A stretch of 59,993 nt of DNA, the filler included, from Thelocarpon superellum (Eukaryota): assembly GCA_026025795.1 (NCBI GenBank). It is 3 parts of 3 records of this genome, joined end to end, with 100 filler letters (N's around TTAATTAATTAA, not from the genome) between each part and the next. Parts side by side here need not be neighbours in the genome. Positions count along the whole stretch, not along the records: positions 20,091 to 40,069 come from JAPEUG010000337.1; 2 more parts are not named here. One strand, written 5' to 3'. Every line of letters begins with the position of its first letter. The stretch's first letter is position 1. The notes below the pieces were generated by a model. The model had not been told where the DNA came from and made no database searches. It worked only from the letters and a program-made list of their open reading frames with translations. Below, piece by piece: positions 25,227 through 37,100 of the stretch. The translations under genes were made by a program, and so were the position numbers.

Positions 25227-25784
25227 ATGTCAAATGGTACACAGCCAGAACGCGGTAGAGATGTAGCCTACGACGAGGAAGACCGCATCTCGTATCGACT
25301 GCACTCCCCTCCCGACCTTCCAGCATTTTCTTCTTCTACCACTACTTCTTCCTCCCCGGATCCCCCGCCGACCCGAATTTCTTCGGGACAATCCCCTGTG
25401 AGCGTCACGCCCCCGCAATCGAGCGCCGGGACAGCGGAACAAGGCACCAAGGCCAAGGGGTGGTTCGAATGGCCTCGATGGATTCGCAACCAACTTGAGT
25501 CTCGAGCAGCGAAGAAGCTAACGGCAAAGAAGAAAACCATCTCGAATCCAACGCTGTCTGAGAATACTCCAGAAATTCCCAGCATCCAGAATGCGCAGCC
25601 GCCATTCCGTCGAGGCCCGATAGAGCAGGTCCGGACCTGCCCGGGTTGTTACCCACAAGATCGACACTTCATCTTCGTCCGCGGCGAACCACCCTGCACC
25701 GGTTGCGGGTTCGGTTGCGAGCTGGATCCCCCATATCACACCCCGTTTGTGTCTTCCCAGGCACTGGGTGACGCTGGAATCTGA
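25227..25784 (+). CDS. Hypothetical protein with C-terminal CxxC-x15-CxxC (zinc-ribbon-like)
   Basis: TATAAA at ~25122, ATG in GCAGCCATG context, 185-codon ORF containing CPGC..CTGC. Confidence 0.55.
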   Translation: MSNGTQPERGRDVAYDEEDRISYRLHSPPDLPAFSSSTTTSSSPDPPPTRISSGQSPVSVTPPQSSAGTAEQGTKAKGWFEWPRWIRNQLESRAAKKLTAKKKTISNPTLSENTPEIPSIQNAQPPFRRGPIEQVRTCPGCYPQDRHFIFVRGEPPCTGCGFGCELDPPYHTPFVSSQALGDAGI

Positions 25785-26150
25785 AGACGATTCGGTCCAA
25801 GTTTTCACGTTTAGTCATTCCTCGACGTTCATGTCATCTTCGAATATTTCCTCCATAATGGGGTCACAGATCGACTGACTGGGGCAGTACCGATATGCGA
25901 AATTGACATGTAAGGGTTTAGATTTGACGAAGTCAGATAGTACTACCAGTAATCACCTAAAGAAGATATGCTGTGACCGTGACGCGTTGCAACGAAATGC
26001 TTGTAAGTGGGGAGTCGGAAACACGTGGGCCGTGCTCCTGTGGCGCCTCCCCGAGTCGCGTCGGTAACATGCGCGTCTTCTGGAAGAGTGCGAGATGCGG
26101 TCGTCGTCCGTAGGGTTGCTCTTGATGTGAAAGCGACAACGGTTTCCACC

Positions 26151-27911
26151 ATGATTGATGCGCAGGGCACTGAAAGCCTCATACACGGGCCCTCGTGAGT
26201 CACCCCGTTGACCTCGGCCGTGAGCCATCTGCAACGTTTTGAAACAGATTTTGACTAGGGGAGTCTAGGGATCACAGCTACCCCACCATCACCCGGCAAC
26301 ATTCGTCCTACAACCCCCTCCGCACATACGAACGAGAGAAGCAAAAGACGTATCAGCAGCAGTACGGCGACATCTACTTCCTGCGATTGGCAAAACTCAA
26401 GCCGGCGGTGGACGAGATTGCGCAAGAAGCGTGGGAGGGTTTCCAGGTACGTGGCCGGCTCTCCATCAGAGCACCGTCGCTGACACGGCGCTAGATTGCG
26501 GGTGAGGCCGTGAGACGAGTCGATCGGGTTCTTGATGTGCGCCAAGGAGAGCTCTGTTGGGTGACGGGTACGGTGTACATGGATATGCCATTGAAACCCA
26601 ATATTCTCGACGACATTTCCAAAGATGTGAGGTCATACCCATGGCCACAGCCACGGCCTCCTTGACCCTCCACTAACAACGACCTTGACGGATAGCAATG
26701 GATCTCGGCACCTTCGACACGTCTGAAGTACATCTCTCCCGATGGCGCGGACCAGACGATGCTGGAAGATGAGTCGGGTCGTTTGCGATTGATCGGGACG
26801 GCCTTGTTGCACACGATGCTGGTGACGGGATGCATCGTCGCCGTCATGGGCACGGAGAACGCGAATGGCGACTTCGAGGTCATCGACCTCAAGGTGCCGG
26901 ATCTCCCACGACAGCCTCCGCGATGGGAGCGCGACGACATAGCCCATTCCGCCGCCAATGGGGTGAAAGGCGGGAAGCAGCCAGGGAGGACCGAAGGAGG
27001 AAGCGTTGCCATCGTCAGCGGACTGGAGATCTCGGCCACCCACGTGGACAGCTTGGCCATGGACCTAATGATGGAGTATCTGCTGGGCGAGTCCACGACG
27101 ACGACCGTCCAGGCCGACACCGCAACGGTGTCGCGGCTCATCGTGGCGGGCAATTCGCTGACGGAAGTTTCACCCACTCCCGCACAGGACGATGTACCCA
27201 CCGACGCGCCCAAAGTGGCCAAGAAATACGGGTACGACAGCTCCGCCTACAATCCGGCGCCGACCGCCCATCTTGATGGCCTCTTCGCCACGCTACTCCC
27301 GACCATTCCCATCACCCTCATTCCTGGCGCCACCGACCCCGCCAACGCATCATTGCCGCAGCAGCCCATGCATAGTGCGGTCTTCCCGCATAGCCGGGTC
27401 TACGCCAAAGCCGTCGCGAGCGAACCGTCATGGTTCGACGCGGTGACGAATCCGTGGGAGGGTGACGTGCAGGGCTGGCGGATGCTCGGCACCGGGGGGC
27501 AGACGGTGGACGATGTCTTCAAGTATGTCGAGGATGAAGATCGACTCGAGATGATGGAGCGCCTTCTCCGATGGAGATGCTGTGCGCCGACCGCACCCGA
27601 TACTCTCTGTAGGATCCGTCCGGCCCCAACGCGTCCAGCTTATGTCACGCGTACCCCACTAACTTCTCCGTCCCGCGTCAGGGTGTTATCCCTTCCAAGA
27701 CCGCGACCCATTCGTCATCGAAGAATGTCCACACGTCTTCTTCGTGGGCAACCAACCCAAGTTCGACACGACCCTCATCGACGGTCCAGCCGGGCAGCGG
27801 GTCCGGCTCATCGCGGTGCCGAAGTTCAAAGAGACCGGTGAGGTGGTGTTAGTGGACATGGAGACGCTGGATGTCAGGTTACTGCGCTTTGAGATACCGG
27901 AGGCAGCATAG
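26151..27911 (+). CDS. POL31: DNA polymerase delta small subunit (Pol31/Cdc1/POLD2), 5 exons
   Basis: YQQQYGDIYFLRLAKLKP, LCWVTGTVYMDMPLKPNIL, LEDESGRLRLIG, PGATDPANASLPQQPMH, APTAPDTL|WCYPFQDRDPF and CPHVFFVGNQP. Confidence 0.96.
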
Positions 27912-27990
27912 CAAACAATCGCATTGTTGGTCGGAGCAGCGAACGAATGGCCGTAGCTCTGGTCGTAAGAATAGGGGGAGGCATCTCGTG

Positions 27991-28057
27991 CGGGACTATG
28001 CGAGACTGTACGGGACTGTGCGAGACTACTGTACGGGACTGTGCGGGACTGCGAGAC
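27991..28057. repeat. Degenerate 10-bp tandem repeat (CGRGACTGTR) downstream of POL31
   Basis: cgggactatg cgagactgta cgggactgtg cgagact.. directly visible. Confidence 0.75.
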
Positions 28058-28748
28058 AACGCACGGCCCAAGCGATCATGCCAAGGATAGTGTCGCCAAC
28101 CGGCCAAGGGCGCAAGGCGTTCGCCTCGCACGCCAACCTACGGTTGCCTGGTCCCATGGCCCGCCGAGAAAGCCGGATCGATGGGACCATGGAACGGGGC
28201 GAAGCAAGCCACGGACGGAAAGCGACGAAAGACGCTGCATCGGGCCACGTCGATGGCCCCGTCCCAATCCCATTCGTCTCCATTATTGGAGGGCATGTCG
28301 CCGGCTGATGCGCACCCCCATCGCCGCTCGCCTGTTCCCCGCGGCTTGTCCCGGATGACGAACCAATAGTTCCGACCGCCACCGACGCTGGCCTATCATT
28401 CGCCGCATCACCAGGGTTGACGAGAAGCTGTGGCGACTAGGCACCTTAGCTGCAGTAGGGTCCCTCTCGGGCGCTCTGAAGAGCCTCATCCGATGAGGCC
28501 TGAGGGCCTGGGGGCTGGGCTAGGCATCCGTACGCCGTCCGTGGCCGGTCGCGCTGTCGCCTCGTCGCCTTGCGCTAATCTCCGAGCCAAGCTATGAATC
28601 TACCTACATATCATGGCCGCGGAGAGGCGGTCGGGTGGACACGATAATGGCAACGTCCACCCGTGTATACGTCTGAAATCAGGCTGAGGTCAGGATGATA
28701 CTTGGATGCCACGGCTGTCTGAAGGCTTTCTAGCCATGTCAGCAGCAG

Positions 28749-30351
28749 ATGGAAGACATCATGGCGCTGAGGCAAGCGGCGAGCATGTCGCCCGCCGGCA
28801 CGGAGGAGCCGTCGGATGGTGGCTGGCATGTGAGTCTTCTTTGTCGAGATTCCCCAGGCCAAAGTTGCCGTCGCCAGCGGACGTGCACAAGCTGACCATG
28901 GAACCGTTAGGTCGAAGAAGAGATGGAGTCATTGACCCCGCAATCACCTTCGACCCCTCTCTATGCCGCTCTTCCCGCCATTGAGAGCGGGCCCATTCCC
29001 GCCGCCCCTACCTTTACCGATCTATCGCTCTATACCCCACCGCACGTCAGCCTCTCCGCCTTCAAGCAGCAGCTTCAGCGTGCCGTGGACGGGGCCGTGT
29101 CACCAGTCGCCCGACGATATGTCGCCGTGCGATGTCTGCTTCTCTCCTGGGCGGATGACCAGCTGGGATGCATCAACGAGGTGCACGAGCTCGCGGATGT
29201 CTTCGAGAAGAATTTCGGGTTCGAGGTGGAAGCGTGGCAGATTCCAAGTCACAATGCTTTTATGAGCGTCCAGTGGAAGCTCATGGACTTCCAACGCAAG
29301 GCGCTAGAAAAAGGGGAGCTGATCATCCTCTATTACGGCGGCCACGGAGGTCAGACCCGAGAAGGACAGGCCATCTGGCAATGGTTCGTGGCGTCAAAAC
29401 CCCTCGCTTTCCCCGGCTTACTGATCAAATGTTCGAGCGCATAGCTCCCGAGAAGCCGAGCCCTCCTTGCGCTGGCATATCCTGCAAGATGTCTTGGGCC
29501 AATTTCCCTCGGATATGCTGTTCATCTTCGATTGCTGTCGTGCCGCCGCGGCCGCTCGTACGACGGCGATTGGAAGAAAAGAGCTCCTTGCGGCGTGCGG
29601 CTGGGAGAACCGGACGCCGATTGGCATCTCCACCCGCACCTCCTACACCGCCGTCCTGATTCGCGAGATGAAGAAGTTCACCTCCCCTTTCACCGTGGCG
29701 CAGGTGCACAGTTCCCTCGCTCGCGAGAAAGGACTCCAACCGAAGACGCTGGAGAGCACTCCGTTTCATTGTCTCCTGAGCGAAGACGACATCAAGCAGA
29801 TCGTCTTCTACCCTCGCAGGGAACCTCAGCCCGAGGGTGCCCATCCATTCTTTGAGCTCCCCATGGAAGTGTCGGCTCCTCCGTCACCCATCAACGCGCT
29901 CGCTCACAGCCTCGGGAGTGGCAGCGGAGACGAGGTCACCCCGTTGACCCACGCGCCATCGTCGTCCAACACGTTGTATTCGCTCTCTCCGGGCTTCCCG
30001 AAGATCCTTCTGTCCGTGCATCTCTCTTCCTTGCCCGACTTGCGCGACTTTGAAAGGTGGTTGACGTCGCACGTGCCACGAACGGTTTCCGGGATAGATA
30101 TCCACGTCGAAGGTGCCTTTCCGAGCATGTCAACGATCCTGGTCTTCTCTATGCCCATCTTGGTCTGGACCCTGCTACCCCATCACACCGAATATAAGGT
30201 CCTGGGCTTTATCACGGCGCCAAAGTTGAAGCCGAAAGCCCCACGAGCAAGGACGACGGGTTGGATCGAGGAAACGGTCATCGCCCTCGTTGCGGCCAAG
30301 CGAATCGTCAAGAAGCGTAGGAGGACGACGTCGATGAGCAGCGTCGACTAG
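28749..30351 (+). CDS. Caspase-fold (clan CD, peptidase C14-like) protein, 3 exons (introns ~28830-28910 and 29384-29444)
   Basis: RYVAVRCLLLSWADD..ELADVF..LIILYYGGHG..MLFIFDCC..ELLAAC..SYTAVLIREM gives a His-Gly/Asp-Cys dyad arrangement, followed by a C-terminal domain (ILLSVHL..FERWL..VEGAFPSMSTILVFSMPILVW). Confidence 0.8.
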
Positions 30352-30842
30352 ATTGCATGTCGGTGCCGGGTAGAGATGAGAATTTTTCTGCGATGTGTTG
30401 ATGTTTTGATGCTACCATGCTCTGTGTTGATTTTGCTGTTTGAAGAGCCAGAACGAGGGATGGCATCCGAAAAGCGACGTTGTTTGATCGACCTTTCCTC
30501 ATGCATCACCTGACGAGCGATGACCGTCAGACAGGCTCCTTCAACACCAAATTGTGAAAACATGCTATTTCGTCTCAGCCTCCCGGTGTGGTATGTTTTG
30601 ATCTTAGGGCTTGACCTTTGGCACCTGGTGAATCAGGCTTCTCAATCAACCATCGATGCTACACGTGAAGACGAACCTGGAGCAGATGTGAATGTGAATG
30701 CTAGATTGCTACTACCGACTCTATGCCCAGGGCTGAGTCCTTGACGGACAATGTCATCGTCTTCTTCTTCTTCAGCCCTCTCGCCGCGTTCGATACCACC
30801 ACTTTCAAGACCAAGCAGAGCGTCACTGTGCTGGCCACAATC

Positions 30843-32787
30843 ATGAAGCTGCTCATGCCCTGCCTGGCCTTACGGCTTCTCGCTGGCGCCTGTGCTGCAG
30901 CCTCCACGTCCTCTCCTTCAGCCAGTCCTTGGCTTTCGCCACCTGTGCTCTCCGCTCAGGCAGGCAACTGCGAGGCTCAGAAGAATTGTGACGGCGTGGG
31001 TATTCGTGAGTGTCGCGATTCGTGACTTTTCTGTCAATGCTGATGCAGAGGACGATGGCCAGTCACCTGTCCGCTTGGCGACGCGGGAGGGACCTGCTAC
31101 ACCGGCGGATCTGGCTACGTGGGATGTTGCTCCGTGTACGCAGATTTGAGATGCTCAGCCGCGCCTCATCCACCCACCGCGACGCACCAGACTGACATTT
31201 CTGAAATGATTTAGCTCGAGTTGTGCGCCACGAACCACATGTATCCCCTTCTCCACCGCGCCCTCGCTGAGCTGCGACGTTGACATTGGGGGCTGTCTGA
31301 CCTGGTAAGCCAGCGTGAGGGTAAGAGATGATGCAGACGACACGCTGACATTTGACCACAGTACGGAATCAGCTGCGCCGACATGCATAACGGTGAGCAA
31401 CATGGTGGAGAGCCAATACGTGCTGTTTTGCGGAACGTCCTCCACTCTGGCGCTCATGTCGTATACCTCGGTCCGGGTGGTCTCAACGACATCATCACCA
31501 CCTGCCGTGACAACATCCACATCGCCCGGTGTCATTCTCACATCTCCTGTCACCCCTCCGACCCACGTCCTCTCGGTGGCGGGGCTGGCGGCCGAGTCTA
31601 ACCCTGCAGTGCTCGCGTCTGGCCCGCGTCAGCTTCCCTTGTCGAAGGGATCCACCTCTTCAGCCGCGGTAACATTGGCAGCCCAGTCCTCCATCCCCGC
31701 CAGCTCATCGTCCAACCTCTCGGCGGGCGTGGTAGCCGGGCTCGTACTTGGATGCGTAGCCGGAGGTTTCGTCCTAGCCGCCCTCCTCTTCTACCTTGCC
31801 CGCCATTGGCGTCACCGAAATGGCGCGGGAGGGAAACGAACGATGCCTCTCCTGCACATTGGTTCGCCCATGATGATCGACCCGTCACCTACCACCGGCT
31901 CCATGCCTTCCTCGCCGCTTCCCGCCCATCTCCAGGGGCCTCACTACGCCACGGCACACGAAACAACCAGCACACCTGCCTTCCGCACCGAGGGCTTTTC
32001 ACTGTCGATGCTCGATCGTGCTATCTCGGACAACAGCCTCTCGTTCTTCGGCATGCCGGGGAGACCGGCCAATCACTCGACCGGGAATCTGTCCGCTGGA
32101 CACGTCTCCGTTCGAGGTCGGCCTGGGCATGAGCATCGCCATACCATGTCTTCGGTCGACGGGTCTGGACCAGGGTCTGGACCTGACGCTGCAACTTCGC
32201 CTGGAGCTACGCCCGCAAAGAGAGACACCATCTCGGCCATCTCGGTTACGGATCTCCAGCGTCCGCTGTCCTCGAACCCGGTATCGCCTGAATGCTTTGA
32301 GGGACTCGGTCTTCCACTCTCTCTTTCTCGCACGCACAACGCGCGACATACCTTCCCTTCTGAATTGCCTGGTCGTGTCCTTCCGTGGACGTCGTCGTCT
32401 TCTTCTCTTTCTCCTCCCTCCGATTCTTCTCCATCCTCGTCTAGTCCTCTGGCATCGCCCGCCCGTCCCTCACCGGCCCAGTCTCCACCTTCCCACGTCC
32501 CCACCGACGCTCGATCGAGCCCGTCATCCTTCCCCGATGCCGAAACGAATACCAAAACCACGACCAAGACCATGACGAAGACTAAGATGCACCCCTCACC
32601 ACCAAAGGCGAATTCAAACCACCGCGCGTCCAACTCGTCGCCCGACATCATCAGCTCCGTGCTTCATCTCGGCAGTATAGCACCAGCCGACGACGATAGA
32701 GGCCAGCTGTCGCCCATCTTCGAAAGCCGTGAGAGCCGCGAGGGCTCGTATCGTCTTTCTTTCCGGAGTGAGCCTGGAGCTGCCTAA
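30843..32787 (+). CDS. Single-pass type I membrane protein: signal peptide, Cys-rich ectodomain, Ser/Thr stalk, TM helix and long Ser/Pro-rich tail (Mid2/Wsc-like topology)
   Basis: MKLLMPCLALRLLAGACAAA; spliced VTCP..TCY..YVGCCSVSSCAPRTTC..GCLTC..PTC..LFC; TM LSAGVVAGLVLGCVAGGFVLAALLFYL-ARHWRHR. First intron junction is uncertain. Confidence 0.8.
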
Positions 32788-32975
32788 GTCTGGGAAGAGC
32801 GGATGGGAGAGGGTGACTGAGGGTTGAGTGGGGACGAAGGACTCGTGGAGGATTCAACCAAAGATGGTAAGGGGATTGGTGGAATTGGATCAATCCGATA
32901 GATTACTTAGGGTAGGAGAGTCATGACTCGTTCGGCGAACTTGAAAATCTTCATTCATTCATTCATCTCTCACGT

Positions 32976-33707
32976 TCATGCCACACCGCTTCCATAGACT
33001 CTGATATGTCGCTTACATGCTCCCCCGTGCCCGCCGCCCCCGTCTTGACCTGTGCGCCTCCCACCGCTCGCGTCGCCGGTGTGCTCCCCAAGATGATAAA
33101 TGATGGAACCATGCAAGAGCATGCCGGCCGGATGGGCAGGTGATGGCGACAGAATCTGGATGTATGTTTTGGGGGTGTGGGGTGGACGGTGACGGCGGCG
33201 AAGATTTAGCTGGCTCGTTGGTGTAGGCGACGCCCGTATCGCGCACTCATAGTGGCAGCTTGCGACTGGTGCAGACTCTTCCGTCGAAGATTGCGTGGGA
33301 GGTGAGGATGGAGAAGGAGGTATAGTGATCGAGGATTCAAGGCGGTAGGGCTGCGGTTGGGAGTGTGCGGAAGTTTCGTGGCTAGGTTGAGGATTGAAAC
33401 AGGACTCGTCAGAGTGTGGTAATGAAAGGTAGTCTGCAGGTTGAATGTGTGTGGCAGCTTGGAAACGATCTTCGTGGGTTTGGAGATGGATTGACTCGTC
33501 GTGACACTGGGCAGGGAATAGATCGATGCCGTGGATCCATCTCGTGTTCGAGACGTACCCGCCGTGATTGATGGCCGGACCAAATATGGCGGTAAAATTC
33601 CATCTCCGTGCGAAGAAGCGGAGGAGAAGAGCAAGAGCAAGAACGGCGAGGAAAGTGACGATGGGCAGTGAGAGGCTTTGGACGGTTAAACGGAAGGAGT
33701 GGTCCAT
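32976..33707 (-). CDS. Hypothetical protein with an N-terminal TM helix and C-terminal KRHIRVYG motif
   Basis: 243-aa ATG ORF; hydrophobic LPIVTFLAVLALALLLRFF; ending resembles a fungal RRHTRVYGGG-type family (from memory). Confidence 0.6.
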   Translation of the reverse strand: MDHSFRLTVQSLSLPIVTFLAVLALALLLRFFARRWNFTAIFGPAINHGGYVSNTRWIHGIDLFPAQCHDESIHLQTHEDRFQAATHIQPADYLSLPHSDESCFNPQPSHETSAHSQPQPYRLESSITIPPSPSSPPTQSSTEESAPVASCHYECAIRASPTPTSQLNLRRRHRPPHTPKTYIQILSPSPAHPAGMLLHGSIIYHLGEHTGDASGGRRTGQDGGGGHGGACKRHIRVYGSGVA

Positions 33708-36581
33708 CGCGGTGGAAGGAGACCTGATTGCACACTCAGATCTTCATCTTCGCGGATGGGACAGACCAAGATGCAACATGTAGCGATGCATGGAATGAAG
33801 GGGAGCGCGAGTGGTCCCCTCGTGGCCGGTCAAGTAGCAGTACCAGCAGAGGGGATCTACCCGTCTTTGCTGACCGGGTAGTTATAGACGAATGTCATCT
33901 GGAGAGTGGAAGCAGGCGTTGTTCCAAGGGATCAGTGGCCCGAATCCCAGCTTCACCTCGATGAGATCCCGCCCACCCCTGCTCAGCTGGCAGTATCTAC
34001 GCCCTGTCCTAGTGAGGAAATGAAGACGACTCATTGCGTTAAGCAGAGCGGCGGGAAGCCATCGATACGACGCGAAAGACCCCGCCGCATGACCATGACG
34101 ACGGTAAGTCCCGACTCGACGTCAGACGGTGTGGCACCGAGCTTTTGGCGGGTGCAGCCACAACCGGGTACTTTGGACCCAGAGGACGTCACAACTACCG
34201 CCGAGCGACGGCCCGCCGCTGCTCATCAAGGCGCTCAAGTCAAGAGGCACAGCAAGTAGTGCAAGGTTGACTGTGGACGAGCAGGCCTACGTGCAAGGAT
34301 GAGGGATGATACTCATCAGCAGCAATGCACGGCCAGGATGGAGGTGCCGGAACAGGCGGAGCTTTCAGCTGTGCCAGGCTCTCTGGAGGCGTTGTGGCGT
34401 CTGTGTACCATTTTTCGCGGCTTCACCTTACCGCATCGGCACAAGCCGGAGCGGGATTCAGCTTGCATCGTTCGCTGGTCTGCCCCCACAGGGCGTTTTC
34501 TCCCCAATAAGGTGGACGCTTCCAGGTGCCCGGGCCAAGAAATTCCAACCGTCACCCTGCCCTTGCGGTCCGATCGCCGACTCCTACACTTGGCTGGGTC
34601 ATCGTCAATGGGGATCAGCGAGGGGTGGCCAGGTCAAAGTGGTGTGAGATTATATGAGAGCTCGTACGGGCCGGGGCACTCGAACGTAGGAGCGAGGAGT
34701 ACGAGTACGAGAAGGCTCATGGCTTGCCAGGTCCAGGATCCTTCGGACCTCTCGCGGACCCAGAGCTCTCCTCCAAATGCCCAATTCGGATAAGCTTGCG
34801 TCCGTCCATCCACGTTTTCCAGCCTTCCATCCCGCCGTCCCTTCCGAGGTTGCCCTGACCCGGGCTTGTTCCAATTGAAGCTACAGCTGTCAGTGACAGA
34901 AGGATTGGCGGTGATCGGTTTGACGCCTTTCCCAGTAGAGCCCTGCCGGGGCCCGATTTCGCCGTGCCCAAGTCAAGACTCCGGCGCTGTCTTGACAGAA
35001 GCTTACCTTCCCGAGAGGGAAAACCTACGGTGTCCGACGTGCCCCACGTCCGGCCCACCATGCGCTTGGTCCAGCTCGCCACAGTTCTGGCACGGCGCTG
35101 CGTAGAGTGCTGGAATGGCGATGTAGACAGTTCTAGCTGGTGCGGTCAATTAGGAGCAAAGGTATCACTGAAGTTCTCCGACAAGGCTTTGAATTACGGT
35201 CAGACATGCTCTGGTGAATACTGCACCCATCCAGCGATCAGCCATGAAGGGTGTCATTTAGCTTTGCCGCTCCTCAGACGGCATGTGAGATTCTCGTATG
35301 ACAAGTACTGATGCGAAGAGGGCAGCCCTCTCCAGGCATCGACTGGCATGCATCCTCTCGGTCGGTTGAAGCCGATCTCGCCCCAAGATCACCCATCAAG
35401 GCCGGAAAAGAGGCCTCCATGAACAACTTTGCTGTATCACACTTCTCGGTAGCCTGATAGCATCCCAAGGAACCGAAGGAGCCAGGGATCAACGGCACGA
35501 GAGAAGGCAGTGTCATCGTCGGATTCACGTGGAGTCGGTTCTCGCCGAAGACCACGCGAGGATGTGCTTGCTGCCAATCAGGTAGATGCCAGGTCACTCG
35601 CGTCAGGCTTACTGATCGTTTCGCCGATCGGCGTGGGCACATGATGGGGCGGCACGAAGACGTGAGACTTTGCAATTCTTGACATCTTCCAAGATGCCCC
35701 TCTCTAGACCGCAATTCAACGCTTGTAGAATCATTCCTGCATTGGGCGTGGTGGCATGTTAGATGGGGAGTGGAAAGCAAGGAGATGCCTGGCTTTGAAT
35801 CCGTCCGAGGTCCTACGCCCTGCCCCACCTTGCTCATCAATCCGGTTCGCGGAGCTCGACCCCAAGCCCAGCCGTCGGCGGGACGAGTGAGACATGAAGC
35901 ATTGAAGAAGCTTCCGTCGACAACCCTCGTCGGACCAGTCGGGACGGCGATGGACTTGGACATGGAGCTCTGAACTTCGTTGGAGGCCACGAGTTACGTA
36001 AGGATGACGGCGACGGCGACGGCGGATCGAGCTGTTTCGTCCAAGCGGCCACGCTGAGGCCAGGCCCGAGCATCACGCATCTGATCATCACATGCCCGCC
36101 CGACTCCATCCTTCCAATCCGCCCACGGACGTGGAAGGATTACCGCAACGAGGTCAATTGATCGCGACTCCGCATTTCCAAGCAGAGCTTGAAGCTCTAC
36201 TTGAGACTAATGTTCTCCCAGTCTGATCCATCTTCGGCGTGGCGATCCACCCTGGCCTTTTCCATAGCGAGACTCACGTCCGAGCATCTGAGCATGTGAG
36301 CCTCCTTCGGTCCGTGATTAGGATACCTCTCTACCCTCCGGACCCTGGCTCGTTCGCCCCGCTCACACCATCCTCGCGGACGTGGGCGATCTGGAGCTTG
36401 CCTCCTTGGCCCACTTGGTCTGGGAGGTCGATGTCCGCACGTGGAGACAGCAAGAAGTACAAGTATAAGGACGTGCTTTACCCTCACCTGTGTTACAACT
36501 GTTCCATCCACTCGTTCATCATCATATGCTAATTCGAGACAATTTCCCGTCCACGTCTCCACTTTTTCCCAAGTCGCAACA

Positions 36582-37100
36582 ATGGCCACTCGCTTCTTCA
36601 CGTTCGCTCTTCTCCTCAGCCTCATCAGCTATGTCGCGGGCCTGAGCCTTACTGGGCAAATCAACACGAGGGAGGAGGAAGCCTTTTTGATCACCATCGT
36701 CAATCCTGGACCGGAGACTATCAACCTGACCTCCTACTACAATCTCTTTGACAACGTCTACGCGGACAAGAACGTGCCTCTTCTCTTCCAGAACCAGAGC
36801 AGCGGGGCCTTTATCGGCGCCCCGTACATCTCGTACCCACCAGCACCGTCCAGCTGCGACAACAGCAATCTCACCTACTTGACCCTCCGTCCCGCCGAAC
36901 CCTTCAAGCGGGAGATTGTCTTCCAGGAGATTGTCAACCCTACCTACAGTCACTATGGCGACGAGACCGCCGTGACCGTCTACCTACCCTCGTTTGCCAC
37001 GGGATACTTTACTCAGGACGGAGCGAACGTCGGACCCGAGCAGGCCTTTGGCATCACCTTTCAGCCTTTCAACACGACCGTCACCCTATCCGTCTCTTGA
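36582..37100 (+). CDS. Small secreted protein (172 aa) resembling a stand-alone deuterolysin (M35) prodomain
   Basis: Signal peptide MATRFFTFALLLSLISYVAG; beta-rich ITIVNPGPETINL..NLFD..YLTLRPAEPFKREIVF; strong C-ending codon bias; TATAAG at ~36464; no HEXXH. Confidence 0.8.
   Translation: MATRFFTFALLLSLISYVAGLSLTGQINTREEEAFLITIVNPGPETINLTSYYNLFDNVYADKNVPLLFQNQSSGAFIGAPYISYPPAPSSCDNSNLTYLTLRPAEPFKREIVFQEIVNPTYSHYGDETAVTVYLPSFATGYFTQDGANVGPEQAFGITFQPFNTTVTLSVS

Noticed and set aside
27991..28057. Short tandem repeats as a CRISPR-like array
   Set aside because: Eukaryotic context with contiguous 10-mers and no spacers; an ordinary minisatellite.
35274..35990. 238-aa minus-strand ORF and neighbouring ORFs at 33.9-36.1 kb
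   Set aside because: No recognisable motif or codon bias, and a non-ATG start for the longest ORF.
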